The position numbers and the translations under genes were made by a program. DNA of 64,000 bases from Spirochaetota bacterium (lineage in GTDB: Bacteria > Spirochaetota > UBA12135 > COTS27 > CBDBHE01): positions 288,001 to 352,000 of the forward strand of contig CBDBHE010000007.1 in NCBI GenBank assembly GCA_965205605.1, written 5' to 3'. Below the pieces are notes generated by a model. That model saw only the letters and a program-made list of their open reading frames with translations, had not been told where the DNA came from and made no database searches. The stretch's first letter is position 1, and each line of letters begins with the position of its first letter. Below are positions 48,732 to 59,236 of the stretch, piece by piece.

Positions 48732-49219
48732 GACGATGACTTACGCTTTTCTTTTTTTTTTAAGGCCTTTTTTCTAAAAGGAACTATCTCCATTTTTTTA
48801 ACACCCTGAACCTCCCCCCCATGAGGGTGAACACTACTAGGATAAACTTTCAAGTTCTTCTTAAAAATTCGCCTCCCTAAACGATTTTTAGGCAACATCC
48901 CCCTAATCGCCTTTTCTACAATAAAGGTTGGTTTTTTTGCATGCAAATCTTCATATACCGTTTCTTTTAGCCCCCCCACATATAAAGAATGCTTAAAATA
49001 TATTTTTTGTTGCCATTTTTTGCCCGTTAAACGAATGTCTTTAGCATTAATCACCACCACTTTATCTCCATTATTAGTATGAAAATCAAAACTCGCCTTA
49101 TGCTTACCCATTAAATAGCCACTCGCTTCACTCGCCAGCCGCCCTAAAGGCAAACGAGAAGCATCTATTAACAACCACTCTTGTTTAATCTCTTTTTGTT
49201 TTAAAAAAAATGTCTTCAT
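48728..49219 (-). CDS. rplM: 50S ribosomal protein L13
   Basis: LGRLAS, GDKVVVINA, AIRGMLPKNRLGR. Confidence 0.97.
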   Translation of the reverse strand: MKTFFLKQKEIKQEWLLIDASRLPLGRLASEASGYLMGKHKASFDFHTNNGDKVVVINAKDIRLTGKKWQQKIYFKHSLYVGGLKETVYEDLHAKKPTFIVEKAIRGMLPKNRLGRRIFKKNLKVYPSSVHPHGGEVQGVKKMEIVPFRKKALKKKEKRKSSS

Positions 49220-49313
49220 GTTGATTTGATTAAGTCGTTTTTTTAGATTAATTTTTATTTTAAACAGATTACGAGCTGTCTTTATAAAAAAAGTATTATA
49301 ACATCATTTTAAA

Positions 49314-50033
49314 TCATTTTTTTCTCGTTATTTTTTTAATTTTTTTTTTTGAAGAAGTTCGTAAAGGTGATGTTAAGGGTGATTTTTGAGAAAAGAAAAA
49401 GTCGTTTAATGTTTTTCTTTCTTTCAAATAAAGCTTTTGTAAAGAAATAGCTTTAGAGAGGTAGGCTTTATTTTTTTTGGGATTTTGAAAATAATGGATG
49501 TAATGAGTGATGGCAACTTGTAAAAGTTGGTGTTTGGTTCCAATCAAGTCGTTGGTAAAAGGCAAAGAAGCCACTTGCGAATGCATAAAATGAAGCCTAG
49601 GCAAAACAAACAAACGAAGGTCTTTTGGGGTATTGAGATTGGTTTTAAGACCAAATGCAATGGGGGAAACTTTTGACAGCTTAAAGAGATTGGTGTAAAT
49701 GGCAAAATGAAGGTAAGAGAGAGGATGCTCTTTGGGGAGGTTTGGGGGGGGGAAAGATTGAGCAAGAGCTTGACTCAAAGGGGGGGGAGTGGCAGCCATT
49801 AAATGGCTGACTTTAAACTTAAAAGAAAGGAGACTAAAAAAAAGAGGACTAAAAGAAAAGACACAAAGGGCAGGAAGGGCAGAAAGGGCAGAAAGGGCAA
49901 AAGTGTTTTCATCCGACAAACCCCCTGGTGAGGGTGCTTTTCTAAGCCTTTCACTAAGCATTTCATTAATAAAGACATTTACAAAAAAATAAACAGCGAG
50001 GTAAAAAGATTTTTTTTTAAAAACCAAACACAT
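49314..50033 (-). CDS. Hypothetical protein (start uncertain)
   Basis: ORF between dapB and rplM on the same strand. Confidence 0.4.
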   Translation of the reverse strand: MCLVFKKKSFYLAVYFFVNVFINEMLSERLRKAPSPGGLSDENTFALSALSALPALCVFSFSPLFFSLLSFKFKVSHLMAATPPPLSQALAQSFPPPNLPKEHPLSYLHFAIYTNLFKLSKVSPIAFGLKTNLNTPKDLRLFVLPRLHFMHSQVASLPFTNDLIGTKHQLLQVAITHYIHYFQNPKKNKAYLSKAISLQKLYLKERKTLNDFFFSQKSPLTSPLRTSSKKKIKKITRKK

Positions 50034-50886
50034 CTTTTAAGCTATATAACCCAGGAGAAAATCCATAAAATCTCTTGACAGATTGCAAGACTCCTTTACA
50101 AAAAGCATCACGGGTAATGGCGGTGTGTTTAAGGGAAAGGACTTCTTGTTCACTTGCTAAAAAAACCGTATGCTCACCGATAGTCCCCCCTAGTCTAAGT
50201 GAAAAAAGACCAACTTCATTTTCTCTTCGTTTTTGATTCTTTTCAGTCCTTTTAGAAACAAGCCTCAGCTTATTTTTATTTCTGCCTTGTTGGCAAGCGT
50301 CATAGAGCATCAATGCCGTTTTAGAAGGAGCGTCAATTTTTTGATGGTGGTGGTTTTCAATGATATCAATATCCCATTCTTTTAGCTGCTGACTCAATTG
50401 TTTCACCACCCCTTTTAAGGCATGAACCCCAATAGAAAAATTGCCCGATTTTAAAATAGGAATCCTCCAAGCATACTTTTCAATCTTCTTTTCTTGCTCA
50501 TCACTAAAACCTGTCGTGCCAATCACATACCCTAAAAACTTCTTTTCTTTCTTTAAAGACCCACCAGCTCCCTCTTCTTTTTTTTTGATAAACGCCTCTA
50601 CTCGCTCCAAATGCTCCATCGTCCCCTCCGGTAAAGAAAAATCAATCATCACCTCACTCTCTTCTAAACAGCTTTCTACCAACCTATCTCTCACCAGTAA
50701 CCCAAGCGGAGCAAGCGATAATAAAACCCCATAGTCTTCATTGATAAAACGACTTTTTTTACAATCCACCGCCCCAACTAATTCAAACTCTTTTTGAAGT
50801 GACAAAATTAATCGTCCATTGACTCGCCCCATTCTCCCATTAGAGCCAATTAAACTTACTTTTAGGGGGTTTTTATTCGTCTTCAT
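50017..50886 (-). CDS. dapB: 4-hydroxy-tetrahydrodipicolinate reductase
   Basis: GSNGRMG, IDFS, VIGTTG, NFSIG, ENHHHQKIDAPSKTA, GEHTV. Confidence 0.93.
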   Translation of the reverse strand: MKTNKNPLKVSLIGSNGRMGRVNGRLILSLQKEFELVGAVDCKKSRFINEDYGVLLSLAPLGLLVRDRLVESCLEESEVMIDFSLPEGTMEHLERVEAFIKKKEEGAGGSLKKEKKFLGYVIGTTGFSDEQEKKIEKYAWRIPILKSGNFSIGVHALKGVVKQLSQQLKEWDIDIIENHHHQKIDAPSKTALMLYDACQQGRNKNKLRLVSKRTEKNQKRRENEVGLFSLRLGGTIGEHTVFLASEQEVLSLKHTAITRDAFCKGVLQSVKRFYGFSPGLYSLKDVFGF

Positions 50887-50889
50887 TTC

Positions 50890-50963
50890 GCAACCTTCCT
50901 AAGAGCAACCTTCCTAAGAGCAACCTTCCTAAGAGCAAACTTCCTAAGAGCAAACTTCCCAAG
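50890..50963. repeat. 15-bp tandem repeat x5 containing the dapB RBS
   Basis: GCAA(C/A)CTTCCTAAGA units; minus strand reads TAGGAAG. Confidence 0.9.
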
Positions 50964-51039
50964 GGTTTGAGACCATAAAAAAATAACCCCCGCCAAACAC
51001 CTTCCACCAAACGCCTTCCACCAAACGCCCGTCTTTAGC

Positions 51040-51651
51040 TCAATCACCAATGACCGTTTTTAAATAAGGTAAAACACGCTTGCAATAACGAATCAAGTAC
51101 GCAAGCTTTTTTTCTTCCTGACTCATCGCAAGCATTTCTTTTTTTGACCCAAAGCCCATTCCCATAAAATTAATCATATCGTAGTAAAAAAGGTCTTCTC
51201 CTAAAGGCGACTCTTCACCTAATTCACTTTCAAACAAAAATCGGATTTCTTTAAACTCTTTAGAGAGTAAAACTTTGAGACTTTCGATTTTTTTAGGATC
51301 GGATTTTTTTTCTTTTAAAACTTGAACCTTTCCCATTAAGTAAGGTTTGGGTTTTGTTTTTGACTGGGGGTAAACATCCCTTAACTTAAAGACTTGTTTG
51401 CCAACAATATCCACTTGGATATTACCATTAAAATGCCTTTTAGAAATCTTATAAACCGACGCCATCGTGCCGTAAATACTCCTGTCTAAAAGAGGCGCTT
51501 TGTTTTCACGTACCGAAAGTAAGCCAAAAGGTTTCTCAGTTTCTTCACATTCTCTAATGAGCTGTAAGTATCTTTTTTCAAAAACATAAAGCCTCTCTTC
51601 TTCTCCAGGAAAAAGAATCATCTCTAAAGGATAAAGGGGAACTTTTTTCAT
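51040..51651 (-). CDS. Lon peptidase N-terminal substrate-binding domain protein
   Basis: PLYPLEMILFPGE..LYVFEKRY; PYLMGKV. Confidence 0.8.
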   Translation of the reverse strand: MKKVPLYPLEMILFPGEEERLYVFEKRYLQLIRECEETEKPFGLLSVRENKAPLLDRSIYGTMASVYKISKRHFNGNIQVDIVGKQVFKLRDVYPQSKTKPKPYLMGKVQVLKEKKSDPKKIESLKVLLSKEFKEIRFLFESELGEESPLGEDLFYYDMINFMGMGFGSKKEMLAMSQEEKKLAYLIRYCKRVLPYLKTVIGD

Positions 51652-51783
51652 AAAGGCTTTATTTTTACTTTATTTTTATCTAATTGAAGAGTACCATGAG
51701 GCCAAAAAACTTTCAATCATGATTTTTAAAAAAAAAAACAAGTTTGATTTTTTTTCCATTAAAAGTTTTTTTAAAGATTATCT

Positions 51784-52731
51784 ATGTTTACAATCCTTCA
51801 ATACTTCTTATATACTCACAAAATTCAAATTATCATTAAAAAAATAATTAAAAAAACACCAAAAAAGCTTCAAAAAGAGTTTTTTTTCTTAAATCGAGGT
51901 AAAAAACTAAGACCTCGACTCATGTATCAAGTCGCAAAATCCTTTAACATCCCCCCTAAAAAAATTATCTTTCAAGCAGCCATTTTAGAAATCATCCACT
52001 CTGTTACCCTCTTACATGACGACATCATCGACAAAGAAAGCAAGCGGCGTGGTAAAAAAACGCTCTATCATCAAAAAAAAAATCAAGCCTCAATTCTCTT
52101 AGGAGATTACCTGCTCTCTCTTTGTCTTGAAACCTTGTCTAAAACTTCCCCCCCTTGGCTCCAAAAAGAGTTTTACCAAAAAATTAAAGAAGTCTGCCTA
52201 GGTGAAATCAAACAAGACATGGAAAATCAATTTGAAAAAAAACTCTCTAAGCAAGATTGCCTCCTCATCGCTAAAAAAAAAACCGGTGCCCTCTTTGCTC
52301 TTTGCTTTAAAACCCCCCCTTTACTAGCCGGTATGCCAAAGCCTATCACTCGCTTCGCCGAAGAATGTGGCTACGCCTACGGGACTATCTACCAACTACT
52401 CGATGATTTAAAAGACATTAAAAAAGATAACGCTCTATCAAAAAATCTTAAAAACTTTAAACATTGGACTCTTCCTAGCGTCCTTTGGGTAAAAAAAAGC
52501 CCCTCTACCTTTAAAAAATTTCTCCTAAGCCCTTCTAAAACCATCCCCCCTGTCCAAAAAAACTTTTACACTCAAGGCATTTTAAAAGAAATCAATGCCC
52601 TCCTCCAGCCCCTTGAACGCCAAAAAAAAGAAAATCCTCTCTTTACGCAACTGCTTTACCTAGCTAAAACAGACTTCAATTCCTTCCTTAAAACAATTCC
52701 TTTTTTTTCTTCTTCTATTTTTTCTTTTTAA
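51784..52731 (+). CDS. Polyprenyl diphosphate synthase
   Basis: GKKLRP, LLHDDIID..RRG, KTGALF, YQLLDD. Confidence 0.88.
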   Translation: MFTILQYFLYTHKIQIIIKKIIKKTPKKLQKEFFFLNRGKKLRPRLMYQVAKSFNIPPKKIIFQAAILEIIHSVTLLHDDIIDKESKRRGKKTLYHQKKNQASILLGDYLLSLCLETLSKTSPPWLQKEFYQKIKEVCLGEIKQDMENQFEKKLSKQDCLLIAKKKTGALFALCFKTPPLLAGMPKPITRFAEECGYAYGTIYQLLDDLKDIKKDNALSKNLKNFKHWTLPSVLWVKKSPSTFKKFLLSPSKTIPPVQKNFYTQGILKEINALLQPLERQKKENPLFTQLLYLAKTDFNSFLKTIPFFSSSIFSF

Positions 52732-52842
52732 TGGATTTATTTTTTTTAAAAAAAAAGAAAGGGTAAATCTTAGGTTAAAGAAGGTTTAAATAAAGAAGGG
52801 TTAATTTTGAGTGAGAAGAAATGGATTGTATAATTTAAAAGA

Positions 52843-53754
52843 GTGATGACGATGATTAAAAAATGGTTTTTATTTTTAAAAAAGATTTTTAAGGCTTACT
52901 GGGTCTTATCAAAAGGAGGGATTGTCTTTTTAGTGGTGATTTCAGCGGCCATGGGGTATTTTGTACAAGGGGGTCGATTTACAGAAAAGCTGTTTTTATC
53001 TGTGATGATTTCTACCTCTTTGGTGTGTGCTGGAGCGGGTGCGTTTAATCACTTGCTTGAAACGAGTGTTGATAAAACCATGAAACGCACTCAAAATAGA
53101 CCTTTAGTGATGGGCCATATTTCTAAGTGGCATGGCTTTATATTTGCCCTAGTGGTTTCAGTCCTTGGGCTTTGGATGATGTGGGAAAAAGTTTCTATTT
53201 TAATGATGGTAGGCGGAGCGACAACGATGGGACTGTATTTATTTATGTACACCCCTCTAAAGCAAAAAACAAAATACAACACCTTAATTGGAGCTATCCC
53301 CGGGGCACTACCTGTTTTAGGAGGAGGGGTTGCTAGTGCCACCACCCTCAATGAAATGAAAATCAGTGGGAGTGTTTGGTTGTTATTTGCTTTAGTGTAT
53401 TGCTGGCAACACCCTCATTTTCATGCCATCGCTTGGCTTTGTCAAAAAGATTATCAAAACAGCCGCTTTAAAATGCTTTCTAATGACGATGAAAAACTAA
53501 TGTTTTTTCATATGATTTTCTTTACTTTCTGTACTTTTTTATTATCAATGTTACTTTTTTTAACAGAACAACTCAGCTTTTTTTATTTCATTCTTGCCTT
53601 TATTTTAGGGGTTTATTTTTTATACATTACCCTCAAAGTTATCGAAAAAAGGCATAAAAAAGAAAATGCTAAGAAGGTTTTATGGGCTTCTATTGTGTAC
53701 ATTCCCTTACTCTTTGCTTTCCTTGTTTTAGATCAAGTCTATCTTTCTCTTTAA
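52843..53754 (+). CDS. cyoE: Protoheme IX farnesyltransferase (heme o synthase)
   Basis: DKTMKRTQNRPL, YTPLKQ, GAIPGALP, WQHPHF. Confidence 0.92.
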   Translation: MMTMIKKWFLFLKKIFKAYWVLSKGGIVFLVVISAAMGYFVQGGRFTEKLFLSVMISTSLVCAGAGAFNHLLETSVDKTMKRTQNRPLVMGHISKWHGFIFALVVSVLGLWMMWEKVSILMMVGGATTMGLYLFMYTPLKQKTKYNTLIGAIPGALPVLGGGVASATTLNEMKISGSVWLLFALVYCWQHPHFHAIAWLCQKDYQNSRFKMLSNDDEKLMFFHMIFFTFCTFLLSMLLFLTEQLSFFYFILAFILGVYFLYITLKVIEKRHKKENAKKVLWASIVYIPLLFAFLVLDQVYLSL

Positions 53755-53804
53755 CTTTAACTTTAACTTTAATTTTAGCTTTGCCCCACCGATAAAATAA
53801 CCTT

Positions 53805-54377
53805 ATGAAAAAAACCTCTCAAAGTTTCAAAAAAAAAAAACAGCGTTTTGCCTTTTCTTTTAAAATAAGAATGAGCCTTATTTTTACTCTAATCTTTTTT
53901 CTGGGCCTTTGTTTTTTTTATTTTATTTTCACCCCAAAGACTTCACAAAGCCCAAATATTTTAAAGACTCTTTCGTCTTATTTTCCAAAAATTAATGTTT
54001 CTTTAAACGCTCTGACAACTCTTTTCATCACTTTGGGGCTTATTAGTATTTACAAAAAACATAAAACGCTTCATCAGGCATCGATGATAATGGCGATGGT
54101 GTTATCGACTTTGTTTTTAGGAACGTATGTGATATATCATTTTTATCATGGGAGTGTTACTTACCAGGGGCAGGGAATGGGGCGTTATTTTTATTACACG
54201 ATTTTAATCACGCATATTATTTTATCGATGTTTATTTTACCGCTTGTTTGTATGACGGTATTTTTTGCCATCAGCCGACGTTTTACTTTGCATAAAAAAA
54301 TGGCAAAAATCACTTACCCTATTTGGCTGTATATTTCAATCACAGGGATGGTGATTTATTGGATGCTCTATCAATAA
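53805..54377 (+). CDS. DUF420 family membrane protein
   Basis: HQASM, FLGTYVIYH, ILITHIILS, HKKMAKITYPIWLYISITG. Confidence 0.85.
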   Translation: MKKTSQSFKKKKQRFAFSFKIRMSLIFTLIFFLGLCFFYFIFTPKTSQSPNILKTLSSYFPKINVSLNALTTLFITLGLISIYKKHKTLHQASMIMAMVLSTLFLGTYVIYHFYHGSVTYQGQGMGRYFYYTILITHIILSMFILPLVCMTVFFAISRRFTLHKKMAKITYPIWLYISITGMVIYWMLYQ

Positions 54378-54458
54378 AGGAAGAATAAAGAGAGATAGAA
54401 TGAATGTGAGGTTTGTGTTAAAGTTTTTTGTAAATCGCTATTATTTAAACCGTTATCG

Positions 54459-55148
54459 ATGCTAGCTAGTCATCAAGGGCGGCCTATCAAGCTTGAAAAA
54501 AGTTGGCTACGTCTTGTCCAAGACGAGTTTAACAAACCATCGATGAAAGCTTTAAAAGCGTTTTTGTTAGAAGAAAAAAAAAAGTTTGTCGTCTACCCAA
54601 AAGGAAGTCAAATCTTCGAAGCCTTTAATCTCACTCCCTTTGATCAGGTAAAAGTGGTCATCCTAGGTCAAGACCCCTACCACGGGCCAAATCAAGCCCA
54701 TGGGCTTTCGTTTTCTGTCAGCCAAGGCGTCAAACCTCCTCCCAGTCTCATCAATATTTTTAACGAACTAAAAGACGACCTCCATCTGCCCCTTCCCAAA
54801 ACAGCTCACCTCGCCAGCTGGGCCAAACAAGGCGTCTTTTTACTCAACACCGTCCTAACCGTCAGAGCCAAAAGCCCCTCCAGCCATCAAAACAGAGGCT
54901 GGGAACCCTTTACCGACCAAGTCATTACTCTTTTAAACCAAAAAAAAACCAATCTCGTCTTTATCTTATGGGGCCGCCAAGCCGCTTCTAAAAAACCCCT
55001 CATCAATGAAAAAAATCATTTAGTTTTATCTTCTCCTCATCCCAGTCCCTATTCCGCTAGAAACGGTTTTTTTGGCTCCAAACCGTTTTCTAAAACCAAC
55101 CACTACTTGTCACAAACTAAACAAACTCCTATTGACTGGTCTTTATAA
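54459..55148 (+). CDS. ung: Uracil-DNA glycosylase
   Basis: GQDPYH, AHGLSFS, PPSL, LLNTVLTV, HPSP. Confidence 0.97.
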   Translation: MLASHQGRPIKLEKSWLRLVQDEFNKPSMKALKAFLLEEKKKFVVYPKGSQIFEAFNLTPFDQVKVVILGQDPYHGPNQAHGLSFSVSQGVKPPPSLINIFNELKDDLHLPLPKTAHLASWAKQGVFLLNTVLTVRAKSPSSHQNRGWEPFTDQVITLLNQKKTNLVFILWGRQAASKKPLINEKNHLVLSSPHPSPYSARNGFFGSKPFSKTNHYLSQTKQTPIDWSL

Positions 55149-55174
55149 AACCAAGGTCTCTTTTTTTACCTAAA

Positions 55175-55455
55175 TCTTGCAGAAGCCCTTTCCAGCGAAT
55201 TTTCGGTTGACGTTGACCACAAGGGTGATTTATTTTGCTTATCTCAACATTCCCGTTCTTTTGGACTGACAGCAGGCTTTCAAATCGATGAATCGGTAGA
55301 CATTTTTGCCACCTTAGAGGGAGGTCTTAGCTTTCTCAACTTGCTTTACCCTGAAGAGACTGTTGTCAAAGTTAATCAAGAAGTTACATTGCAACATCAC
55401 CTAGGGCAGGTTGCTCTTTTAAAATTTGGAGTGGGGTTTCTTTTTTAGTTTTTTT
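55175..55455 (+). pseudogene. Deleted, frameshifted remnant copy of the 60323-61115 outer-membrane protein gene
   Basis: Matches ~60637-60847 joined to ~61042-61120 at a shared ATCAAGAA. Confidence 0.88.
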
Positions 55456-55973
55456 TAAAAAAAAACACCCATCACTGACCCTCAAATTGACCCTCATTGA
55501 CCCTCAAATTGACCCTCAAATTGACCCTCAAAAAGGGGTTTTTAAGGAGCGGCCTTGATAATAATATTCTCTTCTTTTTTTTTGTCTTCGCTCCAAACGT
55601 AATCGATCACCTTATAAGTAGGGTAACTAAAAATAAAAGTTTTTGATACATCAATAAACTTCTCTTTAAATTAAAATCATCTTATCTTGTTTTTTCTTTT
55701 TTTATTCACTTAATTTTCCAAAAAAAACCCCCTTCAACCGCAAAACAATGAAGGTTTGAAACATTCTCCGAAATATCTTCCTAATGCTATTTAATTATTT
55801 AATGCTATTTTTTATGTTTAACCCAGTTGGTCTTAGGTGATAACAAAAAAAAGGGTTGAGTTTTTTCAGGTAAAAAAAAGAAAATGGGTTCACTGGTGAT
55901 AAAAAATGTCATTGAAAAAAAAATAAAACATAAAACATTTCATCTCAATTAATCTTCAAATTGTAAGCGAAAG

Positions 55974-57080
55974 CTAATAAAAAAACACCAAGCCAGCAAA
56001 AATAGATTGGCTAAAGGCATTTTGGTTAAAGGCATTTAAAGCAAAATGGTAAGTCGTTTTTACAGCCAAATGGTCTTTGTAAAAATAGGTGCTAAGCCCT
56101 ACTTTAGCGATGATGCTATCATAAAAACGACCTTCACTTTTACCAAAGAGGTGATTTAAGATTTCTCCACTAAGAGCGTATTGCCAGTTGGCAAGCCGCA
56201 GCGACAAAAGACTCACTCCCCCAAAGAGAACTTCGCTCGAAAAGCCATCCGAATTACTTTCAAGTGTGTTAAAAAACGTTTTCACAAAGACTTCACTAAG
56301 CCACCTTAATTGTTGTTTTTTTGAACGCTTATGTCTAAGCTCAAAAGACAAACTTTGATTGATTTTCGCCTGTGAATTATTCTCTTTTTTCGCATAAAGA
56401 GAATAATGAAACAAGGTCCTCAGTGGCTGAGACCACTTTTGACGAAGGCCTATCTGGGTGAAAATATCAATTTTATTTTCAAGATTGATTAGAGGTTCTA
56501 AAGCTTCAAAAGAACCATCCCCATTAAAAATACCCCCTTTTATCTCAAAAATCGATAGCAGCCTTCTAGCAGAATATAACACCCCAACCCCCCTACCTGG
56601 AGTAAACTCTCGGCTCACTTTTGAATGATAAAGAAAGGCTCTCTCTTCTAAATTAAACGAACGTTCTCTCCCATAAGGAATCTTAAATTGCCCTAGACGA
56701 AGGGAGTGGTCTTTAAAAAACATCAGCTGTAAAAACGCATTTTTTAAATACGCCTTCTCATTGTCTCCATCAATAGGGTCAAAAGAAACATGGTACCTCA
56801 CTTGTTTCCCCGCCAAATCTCCCTTAAGACCAAGCCGCACACTTTGAATGGCAAATCCAGCTAAGTTTTGTTTTTCAATATGTTCAAAAAAATGAAATGA
56901 AAATCGCCCATAGGTTTTTAAAGAAAACTTGTTAGGTTTTTTTGTCTTTTTGTCTTTTTTTTCTAAACCCTCAGTAACATTAAGGTTTTTTTTAATGGGT
57001 GCGTTGTCCTTAGCCACTAGGGCAAAAGAAAAAAAGAAAGCAAAAATAATTAATTTAATTGAGTTTGAGCGTGTTGCCAT
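55974..57080 (-). CDS. Phosphate-selective porin O/P-like protein
   Basis: FAIQSVRLGLKG, LKNAFL, LRLGQFKIPYGRE, GRGVG, GIFNGDG. Confidence 0.7.
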   Translation of the reverse strand: MATRSNSIKLIIFAFFFSFALVAKDNAPIKKNLNVTEGLEKKDKKTKKPNKFSLKTYGRFSFHFFEHIEKQNLAGFAIQSVRLGLKGDLAGKQVRYHVSFDPIDGDNEKAYLKNAFLQLMFFKDHSLRLGQFKIPYGRERSFNLEERAFLYHSKVSREFTPGRGVGVLYSARRLLSIFEIKGGIFNGDGSFEALEPLINLENKIDIFTQIGLRQKWSQPLRTLFHYSLYAKKENNSQAKINQSLSFELRHKRSKKQQLRWLSEVFVKTFFNTLESNSDGFSSEVLFGGVSLLSLRLANWQYALSGEILNHLFGKSEGRFYDSIIAKVGLSTYFYKDHLAVKTTYHFALNAFNQNAFSQSIFAGLVFFY

Positions 57081-58312
57081 CTTTCTTTAATCCAAGTTTT
57101 AATCCATTGGATTTCATTTTCAAAGTTTCTAGCTTGAGCTTGAGCTTGAGTGACGTTAAAGTATTGTTGTAGATGTTGTTGCCACTTTTCTTCATCTTTT
57201 TTGGCAAGGTCTTCAATCTCAAAAACCCACCGATCGATTTGATTTTGTATTTTTACTAGCTCCCACTCATTTTTAATCAGCTCACGAGCCCTTTGATAAA
57301 GACGATCTCGAGTGATGGGGTTGTCTAAAAATACTTTGAAAAAAAGATTTTTATCTGCAAACAATCTCGGTAAGTTGTCAGGCCTTGAAGAAGTCAAGTT
57401 GCCTTTAGCAGGTCCTCCAAAAGATTGTCCAAAAGAAGCATTAAAATCCCACGGCAAGTACCGCCACTTGCCTCCTTTTTCATGATACAAATAGGCATTC
57501 TTCCAAGCCGAATCACTGGCATGAATCAAACTGGCAAACACCCACCAATCTTCAAAATCAGCCCTCCTAGCCACCTTCTCAAAATGATGAGAAAAAGCTT
57601 CTTTTGACGGTCGGATAAATAAATCCATCAATTTAATCATTTCATCAAAACCCCCGATTGGATTTTTTAAACCCGAAGACTTAATTTCCATCGAAGTTCT
57701 AATTTCATTAATCTCATCCCCATCAGCTCCCTGGTGGCCTATAATTTTAAAAAGCGTCCCTTTAAAAGGATTGAGCCCTTGAGAAGCAAGAAGGGATTCA
57801 TTAACGTGATCAATCGCTGTGTAGAGCCCGTGAAAGTGACCTTGTAAAAATAACTCCACAAAAAAAGTTTCTATCTTAAGGTGGTTTTTCGCATCAAACC
57901 ACCCCCATAATGTAAAAGCAAGACGGCTTCTAATATAAGAAGTGTCATCAAAATTAGACGTTAAAACAAGGTTCCCATCATTAGATAGTTTCCCAAAAGT
58001 ATTTGGAAAACGACGTTTTAAACTCGCAAAGCTTTGTTTTGAAAAACGCAATGTATAACTTTTTTTAGGGTAATTAAAACTAACCGCCCCTCGCTGTTTT
58101 GAATCCACTGAGTACAATTCATCTCCTATTTTTACCATACTCGTTTGGTAGCTTTTACTTTTAGCAGCAGACTGTAAATCTATTTTAAGCACCCTACTAA
58201 GGTCTATCGACTCATTAAAAGGCTCAAAAAAAGCACAACTAGAAAACAACCAACAAAACAACAAAAAAGGTCTGAGAGAAAAAAGAGATAAAAACACTTT
58301 ATTTTTTTTCAT
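57050..58312 (-). CDS. CotH kinase family lipoprotein
   Basis: RGAVS...PKKSY, DTSYIRSRLAF, FVELFLQG.FHGLY, KNAYLY, LPWDFNASFG; lipobox FSSC. Confidence 0.88.
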   Translation of the reverse strand: MKKNKVFLSLFSLRPFLLFCWLFSSCAFFEPFNESIDLSRVLKIDLQSAAKSKSYQTSMVKIGDELYSVDSKQRGAVSFNYPKKSYTLRFSKQSFASLKRRFPNTFGKLSNDGNLVLTSNFDDTSYIRSRLAFTLWGWFDAKNHLKIETFFVELFLQGHFHGLYTAIDHVNESLLASQGLNPFKGTLFKIIGHQGADGDEINEIRTSMEIKSSGLKNPIGGFDEMIKLMDLFIRPSKEAFSHHFEKVARRADFEDWWVFASLIHASDSAWKNAYLYHEKGGKWRYLPWDFNASFGQSFGGPAKGNLTSSRPDNLPRLFADKNLFFKVFLDNPITRDRLYQRARELIKNEWELVKIQNQIDRWVFEIEDLAKKDEEKWQQHLQQYFNVTQAQAQARNFENEIQWIKTWIKERWQHAQTQLN

Positions 58313-58555
58313 TTAAATCTTTCTTGATAACAGTCTCTCACCATTAATTGTAACATATCTCGTTTTGAAAACAGAGCATGACAGACTTGGATGCCTTGAG
58401 TCAATTCAAATCAAGCGGGCAATCTTAAGCGCCCTCCAAAGAAAATTAACTAAAAAAAGTGACCTCATTCCTTGTAACCTATCCATCATAGACATAAAGT
58501 AAAATGAAGCTTTAATCAGGAGAAGAATCGATTAATTTGCGATAAAAAAATATCA

Positions 58556-59188
58556 TTAAAAGCGACCTTCATCTCTAAAACAAGGATTTAAAGAAGAGAG
58601 AGACTTACAAACATCTGCCCAAGTTTTTCCTTTTTGAAGAGAAACTAAAAACGTCGCTGAAGTGCTATTTTTATCAGCTCGAATCCCCCTAAGCTTTATT
58701 TTAGAAAACAGTTTGACAAACTTAGGGTCTTTTTGGGAGTCATAGGGATTAAACTGATGGTCTCCAAAACAATCTAATAAAAAAGTAGTTTCATCTTCAT
58801 TTTGTTTTAACCATTGATTCATGACCCAAATCACAAAAGGCGAGATAAACGTCATTAAGATTCCTAAGGAAAAATAACCCACCCCACTTGAAAACCCAAT
58901 AATCATCGCAATAAAAATCATCACCAAATCTCTAGAATTAGAAAAATTAGTCCGAAATCTCACCATGGCAATGGTCACAAAAAGACCAATAGCCCTTGCC
59001 ATGTTGTCACCTATCACCACGATAATCACTGAAAAACTCATCGTCAGTAACACCATCGATTGGATGACTTCTGCACTTGGTTTTTTTTCAGAAGCAAAAT
59101 AATACAAAAATGCCAAACAAATCCCTAAAACAAGTGCAACGAGCATGTTGTCAACAAAAACAAACTGGCTATGGGTAAAAAAATCCAT
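58556..59188 (-). CDS. DUF4956 family membrane protein
   Basis: IGDNMARAIGLFVTIAMVRFRT, IGFSSGVG. Confidence 0.82.
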   Translation of the reverse strand: MDFFTHSQFVFVDNMLVALVLGICLAFLYYFASEKKPSAEVIQSMVLLTMSFSVIIVVIGDNMARAIGLFVTIAMVRFRTNFSNSRDLVMIFIAMIIGFSSGVGYFSLGILMTFISPFVIWVMNQWLKQNEDETTFLLDCFGDHQFNPYDSQKDPKFVKLFSKIKLRGIRADKNSTSATFLVSLQKGKTWADVCKSLSSLNPCFRDEGRF

Positions 59189-59236
59189 TAAAAATAAGTT
59201 TTCTTTATCAATGCTTTAAATGAAATAAAAAAAAAA